A program made the position numbers and the translations under genes. 64,000 nucleotides of DNA from an uncultured virus (IMG/VR IMGVR_UViG_3300023231_000362) (taxonomy: Duplodnaviria > Heunggongvirae > Uroviricota > Caudoviricetes), in the IMG/VR virus record IMGVR_UViG_3300023231_000362; one strand, 5' to 3'. Below the pieces are notes generated by a model that ran no database searches, was not told the origin of the DNA, and worked only from the letters and a program-made list of their open reading frames with translations. Shown piece by piece: positions 50,118 to 60,078 of this stretch (positions are counted from its first letter, which is position 1; each line of letters opens with the position of its first letter).

Positions 50118-51623
50118 ATGTTAAACAAAGTACTGTTCCTAGGAACAAACGACACCAGTACAGATCAATTAGTAACAGACATAGCCAAAAACAACAACAC
50201 AACTAATTATGGGTTGGTGTCTGACAGCAAATTTGTACCAGACAATTCGGGATACTATCATACCACTATAGTAGATATCTGGGCGGGTGGTATTGTTGAG
50301 GTTGCTAAGAACTTTGATAGGATTGTGTTGCTAGACCAACCTGTTGCAGTATGGAGCCATTGGAAAGCTCTACTAAGCACATATAAAATCATGGTAGAGT
50401 TAGAGAAGTTAGCGCATACCACAGAATTTAGAGATAACGAAAATATAAAAAGCATACAGTTTATGTGGGACCTGTTACAGGATAACAAGGCATTTTGTAC
50501 CTATCCCTGGATGCACCTATTAGAAGAATACGGTGATGTGTTAATATGCAGTAAAAGTAAAATACCAATTAAGAAACTTGAAGACCTTGGTGATTGGCGC
50601 ACTGATCCTGAGTTTGTGGAGATCAGGAACAAACTGAAAAGTGGCGAAAGAATACATAACTGTAACTTGTGTTATAAGGAAGAAGAGCTAGGCTTTGTTA
50701 GTACTAGAGTTCATGAAAGCATGGACTGGGCAGTAAAAATGAATATACAAAGTATGGAAGATTTGGAAGTAGCCCTGCCTACATATTACGAAGTTAGACC
50801 TAGTAACAAGTGTAACTTGCAATGTAGGATGTGCTGTCCTGAAAACAGTCACTTGATTGAGAAAGAATTTAAAGAAATAAAGTTTGAATATCCCAGTTAT
50901 AAAAAACAATGGGGCAACTACGAACATATTGATGTAGAGAACTTGTTGCCAGGTACTAGGATATACAGCACAGGCGGTGAGCCAACTATCATACCAGAGT
51001 TCTATAACTTCTTAGACAAATGTATTACACTAGGAAGAACAGACTTAGATATCACACTAAACACAAATGGACAAAAAGTAAATGACAAGTTAATTAATCT
51101 TATGCACAAGTTTGATGAGGTAAATTTTAGTTTTAGTATTGATGGGTATGGTAAAGTAAACGATTACATACGTTGGAACAGTGTTTGGGACAAAACCGTT
51201 GCCAATGCTAAACGACTTGGAGCAGAAGGTTTCTATGTAAGTTTAGAATGTATACCTAGTCCTTGGAACATTACTAACTTACATTTACTTTATGAGTTTT
51301 ATGACAGAGAGTTTCCAGGCAGTACAGTTTTCCTACAGCAGGTATACTGGCCAGACAAAACCGTTAATGTGTTTAATCATCCATTTCCAGAGTTGGTAGT
51401 AGACAGTTTAACACGAGTAACAAAAACAAATGCATATTACACAGACGCAAGAGACAACAAAAGTATAATAGACTCGTTGCTAGAGTATTATAGTAACGAT
51501 CCCAAGACAGACTTGCACTGGCTAGGTAAATTTTATGAGTTTAACGACTTGCTAGATAAGTCAAGAAATGTTAAACTAGTTGATTATGTTCCTGAATTAG
51601 AAGAGGGCAGAAAATTATTATGA
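50118..51623 (+). CDS. Radical SAM protein (twitch/SPASM type)
   Basis: FCTYPW, CNLQCRMC, GGEP. Confidence 0.9.
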   Translation: MLNKVLFLGTNDTSTDQLVTDIAKNNNTTNYGLVSDSKFVPDNSGYYHTTIVDIWAGGIVEVAKNFDRIVLLDQPVAVWSHWKALLSTYKIMVELEKLAHTTEFRDNENIKSIQFMWDLLQDNKAFCTYPWMHLLEEYGDVLICSKSKIPIKKLEDLGDWRTDPEFVEIRNKLKSGERIHNCNLCYKEEELGFVSTRVHESMDWAVKMNIQSMEDLEVALPTYYEVRPSNKCNLQCRMCCPENSHLIEKEFKEIKFEYPSYKKQWGNYEHIDVENLLPGTRIYSTGGEPTIIPEFYNFLDKCITLGRTDLDITLNTNGQKVNDKLINLMHKFDEVNFSFSIDGYGKVNDYIRWNSVWDKTVANAKRLGAEGFYVSLECIPSPWNITNLHLLYEFYDREFPGSTVFLQQVYWPDKTVNVFNHPFPELVVDSLTRVTKTNAYYTDARDNKSIIDSLLEYYSNDPKTDLHWLGKFYEFNDLLDKSRNVKLVDYVPELEEGRKLL

Positions 51624-52852
51624 AGAAGATAGGGTTTATTGGATTAGGTAAATTAGGATTACCATGTGCAGAGGCCTTTGCTACGAAGTATGAAACTTCA
51701 GGCTATGATGTTGCATCTGTAACAAGTGATACTGTAACAGTGAAGGACAACATTAAGGATGTAGTAGAATCTAGCGATATAGTTTTTATTGCTGTCCCTA
51801 CTCCACATGACCCTAAGTATGATGGCAGTCAACCTATTAGCCATTTAGAAAACAAAGATTTTGATTATAGTATTGTTATTGACGTATGTAAAGAAGTTAA
51901 TGAACACGCTACCAAACAGCAATTGGTTGTGTTAATTAGCACAGTTTTACCCGGTACAACACGTAAAAACTTTATAAATCTGCTCTCGAACACACGCTTT
52001 ATATACAACCCCTACCTTATTGCTATGGGATCAGTATCATGGGACATGGTTAACCCTGAAATGGTTATTATTGGCACAGAAGACGGGTCAGAAACTACAG
52101 ACGCAAAAGAACTTATAGATGTTTATAAAGAAATAATGGAAAATGATCCACGTTACGTGGTAGGCACATGGGACGAAGCAGAAGCAATTAAAATATTTTA
52201 CAATACGTTTATTAGTGTTAAGATTGGACTAGTAAACATGATACAGGATGTAGCAGAAAAGTCTGGCAACATCAATGTTGACGTTGTTACTAATGCACTA
52301 AAGCATTCTACAATGCGTATAACAGGACACAAGTATCTTACAGCAGGTATGGGAGACGCCGGACCTTGTCATCCACGTGATAACATTGCACTACGTTATA
52401 TGGCACAAGAACTTGGCTTAAACTATGATTTGTTTAATGCTATCATGGATGCAAGGGAAATACAAGCACGGAATATATCAACAAGACTATGTAGACTTGC
52501 AGGAGAATATAATTTACCTATCTATATACATGGTAAGGCTTACAAGCCCAACGTACCTTACGTAGACGGTAGTTACAGTCTACTAATTGGGCATTATATT
52601 GAAAATGAGTACAACAATAAGGTAACTTACATAGATCCTCTTACCGAAGGCGATAACCCAACCAGTGTGCATGGAGTTGTCCTACTAGCACATAATCAAA
52701 TAGTAACATATGGTTATGCAGGAGTTATAGAGGAACAAAAATTATATTGTGAGATAGAAGATGGCAGTATCGTAGTTGATCCTTGGCGTTCATACACAAC
52801 AGACAATCCTAAAATTATGGTAGTACACTATGGCAACAGCAGAGGCAGGTAG
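51620..52852 (+). CDS. UDP-glucose/GDP-mannose 6-dehydrogenase
   Basis: GLGKLG, AVPTP, STVLPG, AGPCHPRD. Confidence 0.9.
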   Translation: MKKIGFIGLGKLGLPCAEAFATKYETSGYDVASVTSDTVTVKDNIKDVVESSDIVFIAVPTPHDPKYDGSQPISHLENKDFDYSIVIDVCKEVNEHATKQQLVVLISTVLPGTTRKNFINLLSNTRFIYNPYLIAMGSVSWDMVNPEMVIIGTEDGSETTDAKELIDVYKEIMENDPRYVVGTWDEAEAIKIFYNTFISVKIGLVNMIQDVAEKSGNINVDVVTNALKHSTMRITGHKYLTAGMGDAGPCHPRDNIALRYMAQELGLNYDLFNAIMDAREIQARNISTRLCRLAGEYNLPIYIHGKAYKPNVPYVDGSYSLLIGHYIENEYNNKVTYIDPLTEGDNPTSVHGVVLLAHNQIVTYGYAGVIEEQKLYCEIEDGSIVVDPWRSYTTDNPKIMVVHYGNSRGR

Positions 52853-53441
52853 TTCCAACATATTTTTTGTTACCCGGTTTGATAGAACGTGGTCCACAGA
52901 GCATACCATTCTTAACTATGAGAATGAATGTTTTAATGACAAATTAACAGTACAACGCTGGCAAGATCAAGGGCATATTTATAGATACTATACAGGTGAC
53001 ATGCACGACTCACGGAAGCCACAGCCCACGTTCGTTGAAGGACTATGCGAACAATTAGGCTGGGCGCACTGCCTAAGTAGTTTTTACTGTATGCCTCCAG
53101 GGCGTATCTTGCCAGAGCACAGAGACACCTATAAGAAGTACAGAGAACTTTTTAATGTAGATAATCCTTACAGCATATGGCGAGCAGTTATATTCTTAGA
53201 GGATTGGCAGTCAGGACACTACTTGGAAGTAGCAGATTGCCCTATTACCGGTTGGCGAGCAGGTGATTGTATTACGTGGCAGTACGATACTTCACATATA
53301 GCCGCAAATCTAGGCAGACAAAACAGATATACATTACAATTAACAGGAATCACGAATGATAGTAAACTCACACAACGAATGGGACCAGCTGAAATCGGTC
53401 ATAGTTGGAACAGCGGAAAATTTACACTACCCCAACAATGA
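52830..53441 (+). CDS. 2OG-Fe(II) oxygenase-like protein
   Basis: PEHRD...SHIAAN...RYTLQ; true start may be internal. Confidence 0.7.
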   Translation: MATAEAGSSNIFFVTRFDRTWSTEHTILNYENECFNDKLTVQRWQDQGHIYRYYTGDMHDSRKPQPTFVEGLCEQLGWAHCLSSFYCMPPGRILPEHRDTYKKYRELFNVDNPYSIWRAVIFLEDWQSGHYLEVADCPITGWRAGDCITWQYDTSHIAANLGRQNRYTLQLTGITNDSKLTQRMGPAEIGHSWNSGKFTLPQQ

Positions 53442-54372
53442 CAAAGTATTCTCATTATGTGATACAATAAGCACCTGGGATAAATCTAAACAATGGCGTG
53501 GTTATATACCAGAACATGTCAGAGCTGAAACAGAAGAGGATCTGCAAGGACTAGTTGATGAGTTAGAGAAACTGGGTGTAACTGTATACAGACCCAAAGC
53601 ACTAGAGTTCAGTAAGATAACTGTGGGCCATGACTGGGTTGCTGATGGGTTTAATGCGTACAACCCCAGAGACAGTCTATTAGTTGTAGGAGATACTGTT
53701 ATAGAGTGTCCTATGGCGATGAGAAGTAGACAACAAGAAGTATTGTGTTATGATCACATAAGACGAGAAGCGATTAAGGATGGATGTCGTTGGATATCTG
53801 CACCTAAACCTAGATTGTTAGACAGTGAAATATTTGTAAAAAATAAAACACTACACATACCACAAGACGAACCTATATTCGATGCCGCAAATATTTTACG
53901 TTTAGGCAAAGACTTACTTTACCTTGTCAGCAACACAGGCAATAAACTTGGTGGGCAATGGTTGCAAAACATTTTAGGTAAAGATTATAGGGTACAATTT
54001 TGCCATAACCTCTATGCTTTTGCGCACATTGATAGTACAATAACAGCACTTAACGAAGAGCAGTTTGTCGTAAATGCTTCTAGAGTAAATGATGCTAACC
54101 TACCGCCTGTCTTACAAGACAAAGATATCATTTACGTAACAGAAGATATGATTGAACCTCAGACTTTCTGGCACTACCCCTACGCAAGTGCCTGGATTGC
54201 GATGAACATGCTCTCCGTTAACCCCTCTACTGTAATTATAGAAAAAACACAAACAAAATTAATGAAACTACTTAACAAACGAGGTATCGATACGGTGCCC
54301 GTGAGCTTTAGACACGCACGCACATTAGGCGGAGGGTTGCACTGTGCTACACTAGATTTATACAGGAGGTAA
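53356..54372 (+). CDS. Amidinotransferase (GATM/StrB1-like pentein)
   Basis: SHNEWD.L, PRD, FDAAN, HIDST, GGGLHC.TLD. Confidence 0.92.
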   Translation: MIVNSHNEWDQLKSVIVGTAENLHYPNNDKVFSLCDTISTWDKSKQWRGYIPEHVRAETEEDLQGLVDELEKLGVTVYRPKALEFSKITVGHDWVADGFNAYNPRDSLLVVGDTVIECPMAMRSRQQEVLCYDHIRREAIKDGCRWISAPKPRLLDSEIFVKNKTLHIPQDEPIFDAANILRLGKDLLYLVSNTGNKLGGQWLQNILGKDYRVQFCHNLYAFAHIDSTITALNEEQFVVNASRVNDANLPPVLQDKDIIYVTEDMIEPQTFWHYPYASAWIAMNMLSVNPSTVIIEKTQTKLMKLLNKRGIDTVPVSFRHARTLGGGLHCATLDLYRR

Positions 54373-54379
54373 ATATATT

Positions 54380-55081
54380 ATGAACGATTTTACGAAATAT
54401 AACGCTCTCCTGCTTAAAGCATATCAAAAATATGCAAATACAAGAGACCTTGTTTCAAAAAAACAAGACATAATTAGATCTCTGGTTACAGCACCAGAGC
54501 CTACAATTTTATTTGCTGGATTTAATCCTCTGTGTTTATTAGTAGACAACTTTGGTATTATGGAAGCAGATGAAAGTGTATTAAAGTTTTTAACAGAGCA
54601 AGATAAGACATATACAGAAGTTGATCCCACTAATACTACCCTCTGGGATTATGTTATTGCAACTGACGAATATTATACATTTGCAAAAGATGAACAGGAC
54701 CAACAACAAAAAATAAATATATTAAGCGCAATAACAAAGCGTAGTCTAATAACTACTTTGCGTGATTATAAAAACATGAATCACAGAGATAAAGAATTTT
54801 CAATGCCTATTTCTGTTGTCAATGATACAGATAGAACTATATACTTAGAGTATCATATACATTGTGGAACCAAGCACTGGGACAGTCTAGTATATGAATT
54901 AGATGGTGAAGACAATCAAACACATGGGCCGTACAAGCGTATGCCTATGTATTTTAAACAGTTAGCAAAGTTTAGCATCGACGGAGGTGCTACGTCCTTT
55001 CAGGTACAGAAGAACATGATGTGGAAAGGTCTTATTCGACGAAACTTTGAACATGTAATATCAATAAACTATGATAAATGA
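54380..55081 (+). CDS. Hypothetical protein
   Basis: 233-aa ORF with TAAATA immediately upstream. Confidence 0.7.
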   Translation: MNDFTKYNALLLKAYQKYANTRDLVSKKQDIIRSLVTAPEPTILFAGFNPLCLLVDNFGIMEADESVLKFLTEQDKTYTEVDPTNTTLWDYVIATDEYYTFAKDEQDQQQKINILSAITKRSLITTLRDYKNMNHRDKEFSMPISVVNDTDRTIYLEYHIHCGTKHWDSLVYELDGEDNQTHGPYKRMPMYFKQLAKFSIDGGATSFQVQKNMMWKGLIRRNFEHVISINYDK

Positions 55082-56282
55082 AAATGAAATAAATCAACTA
55101 TTAGCCAATGAAATAACCAAAGCAGTAAAACAAAAGATACTTCATAATGAAAATGAAATAGATCTTCTATTGGCCAATGAAGTAGCCAACGTAGTAAAAC
55201 AAAAGATGCTTCTATTGGCCAATGAAGTACCCAAAGCAGTAAAACAAAAGTTACTTCAAAATGAAAATGAAATAAACCAACAGTTAGCCAATGAAATAAC
55301 CAAAGCAGTAAAACAAAAGATGCTTCACGTTGACATACCACACCTGGTGTCAGAAGCAACAACACGTGAACTGGCCGACAAAATCACACATATAAAATTT
55401 CCAGAAGGCAGTATTCCTTTTGACAGCATTAGGAACAACACTGTAACGATATCTGGGAACCAAGTTAATGGTGGTATACACAAAAAATTTAAGTCTAGAG
55501 GCATAGAGGATCATGCTATAAATTGTGAACTTAGTGTCTTAGATGATAACGTAGTAGTAGAGAACACATTAGTTGCACGAAATGCCAACATAAAAGAAAA
55601 TTTAATAGTGGATGGTAACTTAATTGTTCACGGAACTATTCCAGCAGACTGTAATTTCTTTATTGACATCGTGGAAGGTGTTATTTGTAGATTAGGTGAA
55701 GAATTTGACAAAGTGTTTAAACAGAGTATAGTTGATGGTGTCTTGTTTACACTTAAGAACCAAGGTATAGACGTTAGCAAAATAAGTCTGAATGGTAACG
55801 TGTTTACAGACGGGACCAGCATTGCTGGTACAGTAACGACTAGCAACTTACAGAAAGTTGGACAACTTAAAGAACTACAAGTAAAAGGTGAATCACTCTT
55901 AGCAGACACATTGTATGTTACCAAAGGTCGCATCGGAATAAACACAGTCGAACCTAGCGCATCACTGTCAGTCTGGGACGAAGAAACTGAGGTAGTAATA
56001 AAGAAGCATTCTAGACATAAAGCGTATATCGGTAGCTCAAGAGATACCACCGTGGTCTTGGGTGCTAACCGTAACGATAACATAGTACTAAACCAAGACG
56101 GCTCTGCGTCAATAGATAATTTAAAAATAGGCGGTAATAAATTCACAAGCAATCCTATACTGCCCAATGTTGAATCAGTTAAAGGGCATATTGTGTTTAA
56201 CAGTCATCCAGACATAGGGAGACCAGTGGGCTGGGTTTGTTTGGGAGGAGATCGTTGGTCATCTTTCGGTAATTGTGAATGA
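55071..56282 (+). CDS. Tail-fibre-like protein with N-terminal helical repeats
   Basis: SNLQKVG, GRIGINT.EP, C-terminal GWVC..W..FG. Confidence 0.55.
   Translation: MINENEINQLLANEITKAVKQKILHNENEIDLLLANEVANVVKQKMLLLANEVPKAVKQKLLQNENEINQQLANEITKAVKQKMLHVDIPHLVSEATTRELADKITHIKFPEGSIPFDSIRNNTVTISGNQVNGGIHKKFKSRGIEDHAINCELSVLDDNVVVENTLVARNANIKENLIVDGNLIVHGTIPADCNFFIDIVEGVICRLGEEFDKVFKQSIVDGVLFTLKNQGIDVSKISLNGNVFTDGTSIAGTVTTSNLQKVGQLKELQVKGESLLADTLYVTKGRIGINTVEPSASLSVWDEETEVVIKKHSRHKAYIGSSRDTTVVLGANRNDNIVLNQDGSASIDNLKIGGNKFTSNPILPNVESVKGHIVFNSHPDIGRPVGWVCLGGDRWSSFGNCE
55077..55320 (+). repeat. Imperfect ~69-bp coding tandem repeat (three full units plus one partial)
   Basis: NENEIxxxLANE(I/V)xxxVKQK units. 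Confidence 0.85.
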
Positions 56283-56905
56283 ACTTAACCTTTATTATAG
56301 GTAACGGTCAAAGTCGAAGTAACATCAGTATAGATAGACTCAGAGACTTTGGTCCAGTCTGGGGGTGTAATAGGATATACAAGGACTGGCATGTAGATAA
56401 CCTTGTTGCTATTGATCAAGCCCAAGTAGAACTTATTCTCAGAGACGAGTACCATACTAAAGCAAACGTCTATACTAGAAAAAGATGGTCACCGTTGTAC
56501 AATGGGGTGCCTGGGGTAAATTACATTCCTGAATTTAAAGAAGAAGGAACAAACAAGTGGCAGAAGCAGTGGCATTGGAACTCAGGACCACTTGCCATGT
56601 TCGTAGCATGTGAGCAAGGCGCAGAAATACTGTGTATGTTTGGATTTGATTTTTACGGTGTTGCTGGCAAGTCCAACAACGTTTACAAGGGATCACCAGG
56701 CTATGACAAAGCAGATCACAGAGCAGTTGATCCAGGCTTTTGGATACAGCAATTTGTTCAATTAGCTCAATGGTACCCTGATACGCAATTTGTGCAGGTA
56801 CAGCCCGCTGGATGGCAAGTACCAGCTGCCTGGCACGGTGTAAGCAATCTGTCGATAGATACCCCTGAAACTTTTTTTGATACCTTAGTAGCAACTGATG
56901 CCTGA
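56279..56905 (+). CDS. DUF115/glycosyltransferase-like Rossmann protein
   Basis: IIGNGQSR, GCN, NSG, GFDF. Confidence 0.55.
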   Translation: MNLTFIIGNGQSRSNISIDRLRDFGPVWGCNRIYKDWHVDNLVAIDQAQVELILRDEYHTKANVYTRKRWSPLYNGVPGVNYIPEFKEEGTNKWQKQWHWNSGPLAMFVACEQGAEILCMFGFDFYGVAGKSNNVYKGSPGYDKADHRAVDPGFWIQQFVQLAQWYPDTQFVQVQPAGWQVPAAWHGVSNLSIDTPETFFDTLVATDA

Positions 56906-58163
56906 TAAAGATATATTCTGCAATGTACCTTGGTACCAGGGGCATGTGTTCTGGGACGGTACCTATGGACACTGTTGTTTTTCCAACAAAGATACCACAC
57001 ACGGATATAATGTAAAAACTCATACAGTAAAACAATGGATAGAGTCCGACAGCATGGTGGACTTTAAGAAAGAACTACTGGGTAGTAAAAAAAGCAATAG
57101 GTGTCATGGCTGTTATCTAGAGGAAGATCAAGGACATACAAGTAAACGTCAGAACGAAAACTTAAAAAGTGCTATATGGTCAACTAAGTTTGATCAGAGT
57201 TTTAACGAGGCTCATACTAGAGACAAGTTCTTAAACCTAGACCACAGTATGTACAGAGAGTGGCATATAGACTTAGGCAATGAGTGTAACTTAGCCTGTA
57301 AGATGTGCAACTCTGATGCTAGTAGCAAAATAGAGACACTGTACAGACGTTGGGGAATGCCTGTAGAGTACACAAGCAAGAAGCTCTGGATTAACGATCC
57401 TAGAGCAGACCAATTTATAGAACAAATATGCACTACCACTAAACTAAAGCGTATACACATAATGGGAGGAGAACCTCTTATACAACCAAAGTTTAAACAT
57501 TTACTAAAGACACTTAGTGAACGCAGACCAGACATCAGTTTTAGTTTTGTAAGTAATGCAACTAAATTTGACAGCAGTATACTAGAATATTTACAAAAAT
57601 TTAGTAGTGTAGATGTCGAACTTAGTATAGAAACAACTGATCCAGTAAACGATTATATCAGACAAGGCAGTCGAACACAGGATGTAATTAAAGTAATAGA
57701 GCAGTGGGTAGAGCATAGATCAGAAAACTTTAATATAATTTTGCGTCCTACTCCAAGTATCTTAAGTGTTAGTAGGTATAAGAGCCTGTTAGATTTTGCA
57801 TATAAACATAGACTTATTGTTATGAGTGTTATACTCAGTGATCCAGGCTATTTACGAATAAGCCTACTTCCTAAACAGTACAGACTATCTATTATAAAAG
57901 AGTTACGACAATGGAGCGACAATATAACTGTAGACATCAACGAACAAGTTGGTAACAGAGATGCTACTAGGTGGCAAGCACAACTAAAACAGGAGTGCGA
58001 GGGTATAATTAACTGTTTAGAACAGGAGCACAAACCAGGCAACGAAAAAGAATTAATAACATGGTTGCAACGTTGGGACAATGAGTATAAACTTAATGTG
58101 TTAGACTACTTGCCGGAGTTCGCAGATTTCTTTCGAGAACATGGATACAAAATACCAAACTGA
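56898..58163 (+). CDS. Radical SAM protein (twitch/SPASM type)
   Basis: FCNVPW, CNLACKMC, GGEP. Confidence 0.9.
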   Translation: MPDKDIFCNVPWYQGHVFWDGTYGHCCFSNKDTTHGYNVKTHTVKQWIESDSMVDFKKELLGSKKSNRCHGCYLEEDQGHTSKRQNENLKSAIWSTKFDQSFNEAHTRDKFLNLDHSMYREWHIDLGNECNLACKMCNSDASSKIETLYRRWGMPVEYTSKKLWINDPRADQFIEQICTTTKLKRIHIMGGEPLIQPKFKHLLKTLSERRPDISFSFVSNATKFDSSILEYLQKFSSVDVELSIETTDPVNDYIRQGSRTQDVIKVIEQWVEHRSENFNIILRPTPSILSVSRYKSLLDFAYKHRLIVMSVILSDPGYLRISLLPKQYRLSIIKELRQWSDNITVDINEQVGNRDATRWQAQLKQECEGIINCLEQEHKPGNEKELITWLQRWDNEYKLNVLDYLPEFADFFREHGYKIPN

Positions 58164-58599
58164 AATACAAGTGACACTTGAACCTCACTATAAAACTGTG
58201 ATTCCATATGTGTTTGTTAAGTTAGATGGGGAAGAACGTAGTATGGTATTAAAAGATATAGAAACTGTGACGTTCGACACACTGTTGGACATTGGTCCAC
58301 ATCAACTAAGCGTATGGTTTGAGAATAAAGAAAACTCAGACAGCACCACAGCAGTAGAGATAAAAGACATTACAATTCAAGGACTTACTCTAAATAGAGT
58401 AAAGTGGGCAGGTAATTATACTCCTCAATATCCTGAACCATGGGCAACAGAACAACATCAACAAGGCAATCCACTGCCTAAAGTTATACCAGGTGGACAC
58501 TTCTTAGGCTGGTTAGGTACATACACACTAGACTTTGAAGTACCCACATTCACTTGGCTACACAAACTAGAAAACTTAGGTTGGCTATACACTGATTGA
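58141..58599 (+). CDS. Hypothetical protein
   Basis: 152-aa ORF overlapping the radical SAM gene. Confidence 0.7.
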   Translation: MDTKYQTEIQVTLEPHYKTVIPYVFVKLDGEERSMVLKDIETVTFDTLLDIGPHQLSVWFENKENSDSTTAVEIKDITIQGLTLNRVKWAGNYTPQYPEPWATEQHQQGNPLPKVIPGGHFLGWLGTYTLDFEVPTFTWLHKLENLGWLYTD

Positions 58600-58625
58600 C
58601 ATAAGCAGTGAGGTGAGCACATAAT
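58596..58625 (+). promoter_or_regulatory. Sigma70-like promoter of uvsE
   Basis: TTGACA-18 bp-CATAAT, 6 nt before the ATG. Confidence 0.6.
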
Positions 58626-58631
58626 AACCGT

Positions 58632-59747
58632 ATGTTTACACAAAATCTAAAACGTATTGGGTTTGCTTGCAAGTACTTGCATCCGGACCAAACACAACCC
58701 AAAAAGTTACTGGAGGAAATCCAGCGTCCGTTGAATACCAAATCAACAACAGTTGCATGGCTTAATAGGCAAACAAAGGAAGTTGCAGAACAACGACTGT
58801 GGGATATTATGGTACACAATATACAGTCGTACTATAACCTAATAGAATACGTAGGAGGATTACCCGATGCATTACGAATGGTCAGACTTGGCAGTGATTG
58901 CCTTCCAGTATATACTCATGATCAATGGTCTTATTACTGGCGGTTACCTGACGTACGTCAGTACTGTGGAACTTATTTGGCAAAAGTCGGTGACTTGGCT
59001 CGTCTTTTGGATGTTAGGCTTAGTATGCACCCTGGCCAGTTTACTGTACTTGCTAGCGATAACCCGGATATTGTTGATCGCAGTATAGAAGAATTTGAAT
59101 ATCACGCTGACATGATACGGTGGATGGGGTACGGTAAACAGTTTCAAGACTTTAAATGTAATGTACACATTGCAGGCCGCAACGGTCCAGCTGGCATCAA
59201 AGCATCCCTCAAGCGACTCTCGCAAGAAGCTCGAAACGTAATTACAATCGAAAACGACGAAAACAAATGGGGAATCGCAGACAGCCTCGAACTTGCAGAC
59301 GACCTCGCTTTGGTGCTAGATGTACACCATCACCTGTGCCGTGAAAACGAATACATTTTACCAAACGACGATAGATTTAAACGCATAGTAGATTCTTGGA
59401 GAGGGGTACGCCCTGCAATACATTATTCGTATAGTAGAGATACTGCACTATCCGACGGATTTGCACACGACACTGTGCCTGACTTTTCAGCGTTACTAGA
59501 AGCTGGCCACAAGAAAAGCAAACTACGAGCACATAGTGATTGGTATCCTAATGCAAAGGTAAATGATTATGCACTTGGCTTCCTAGAACATGCAGATATT
59601 ATGGCGGAGGTAAAATATAAAAACCTTGCATCTATTGATTTATACAACTATGCTGTTAAGACTGGAGTCTTTTCTTTGCCCAGTACACCAGCGACGCTTG
59701 ACGTCTTTTCTCAAGAGTCGCAGGAGACTGCTTCCGCCCTTTGTTAG
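58632..59747 (+). CDS. uvsE: UV damage endonuclease
   Basis: RIGFAC, RLSMHPGQF, IENDE, LDVHHH, RAHSD, EVK.K. Confidence 0.93.
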   Translation: MFTQNLKRIGFACKYLHPDQTQPKKLLEEIQRPLNTKSTTVAWLNRQTKEVAEQRLWDIMVHNIQSYYNLIEYVGGLPDALRMVRLGSDCLPVYTHDQWSYYWRLPDVRQYCGTYLAKVGDLARLLDVRLSMHPGQFTVLASDNPDIVDRSIEEFEYHADMIRWMGYGKQFQDFKCNVHIAGRNGPAGIKASLKRLSQEARNVITIENDENKWGIADSLELADDLALVLDVHHHLCRENEYILPNDDRFKRIVDSWRGVRPAIHYSYSRDTALSDGFAHDTVPDFSALLEAGHKKSKLRAHSDWYPNAKVNDYALGFLEHADIMAEVKYKNLASIDLYNYAVKTGVFSLPSTPATLDVFSQESQETASALC

Positions 59748-59787
59748 CGTTACCGTAGTACGAACTTGCTTCTTTTGACAAGAACAT
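59656..59787 (-). pseudogene. NUMOD3-containing homing endonuclease remnant
   Basis: Hand-translated ...NKGRKQSPATLEKRRQASL; minus-strand TAAATA at 59814-59823. Confidence 0.5.
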
Positions 59788-59937
59788 ATGTTATGTGCTA
59801 TAACTATGTATAATATTTATTTATTGCGGTACAGAATAATGCTGTACTACAGGGTTCTTTTATTACAATAACTATAAGGAGGATACAAACAAAAGGAAGT
59901 TGCAGAACAAGGCACAAACAAATAAGGAGAAAACAAC

Positions 59938-60054
59938 ATGAACAAAGATATGAACTTTGAAAACATGAACATCGAAGAAACAAAGAAAGAAGCAGATCAA
60001 GGTCATGCCACGGCTAAACAATCTTTAAAAGGAATGCCCGGTGAATTTATATGA
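59938..60054 (+). pseudogene. 38-aa ORF, likely Sel1-repeat remnant
   Basis: AAGGAG SD; EETKKEADQGHATAK. Confidence 0.4.
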
Positions 60055-60078
60055 GATACACAAAACAATGAGGAAAAA

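Noticed and set aside
53356..54372. Amidinotransferase as an archaeosine synthase partner of QueD
   Set aside because: It is a pentein-fold GATM/StrB1 type, unrelated to ArcS, QueF-like or Gat-QueC enzymes
55069..55365. Hydrophobic repetitive minus-strand ORF or CRISPR-like array
   Set aside because: Antisense of the coding repeat; no unique spacers
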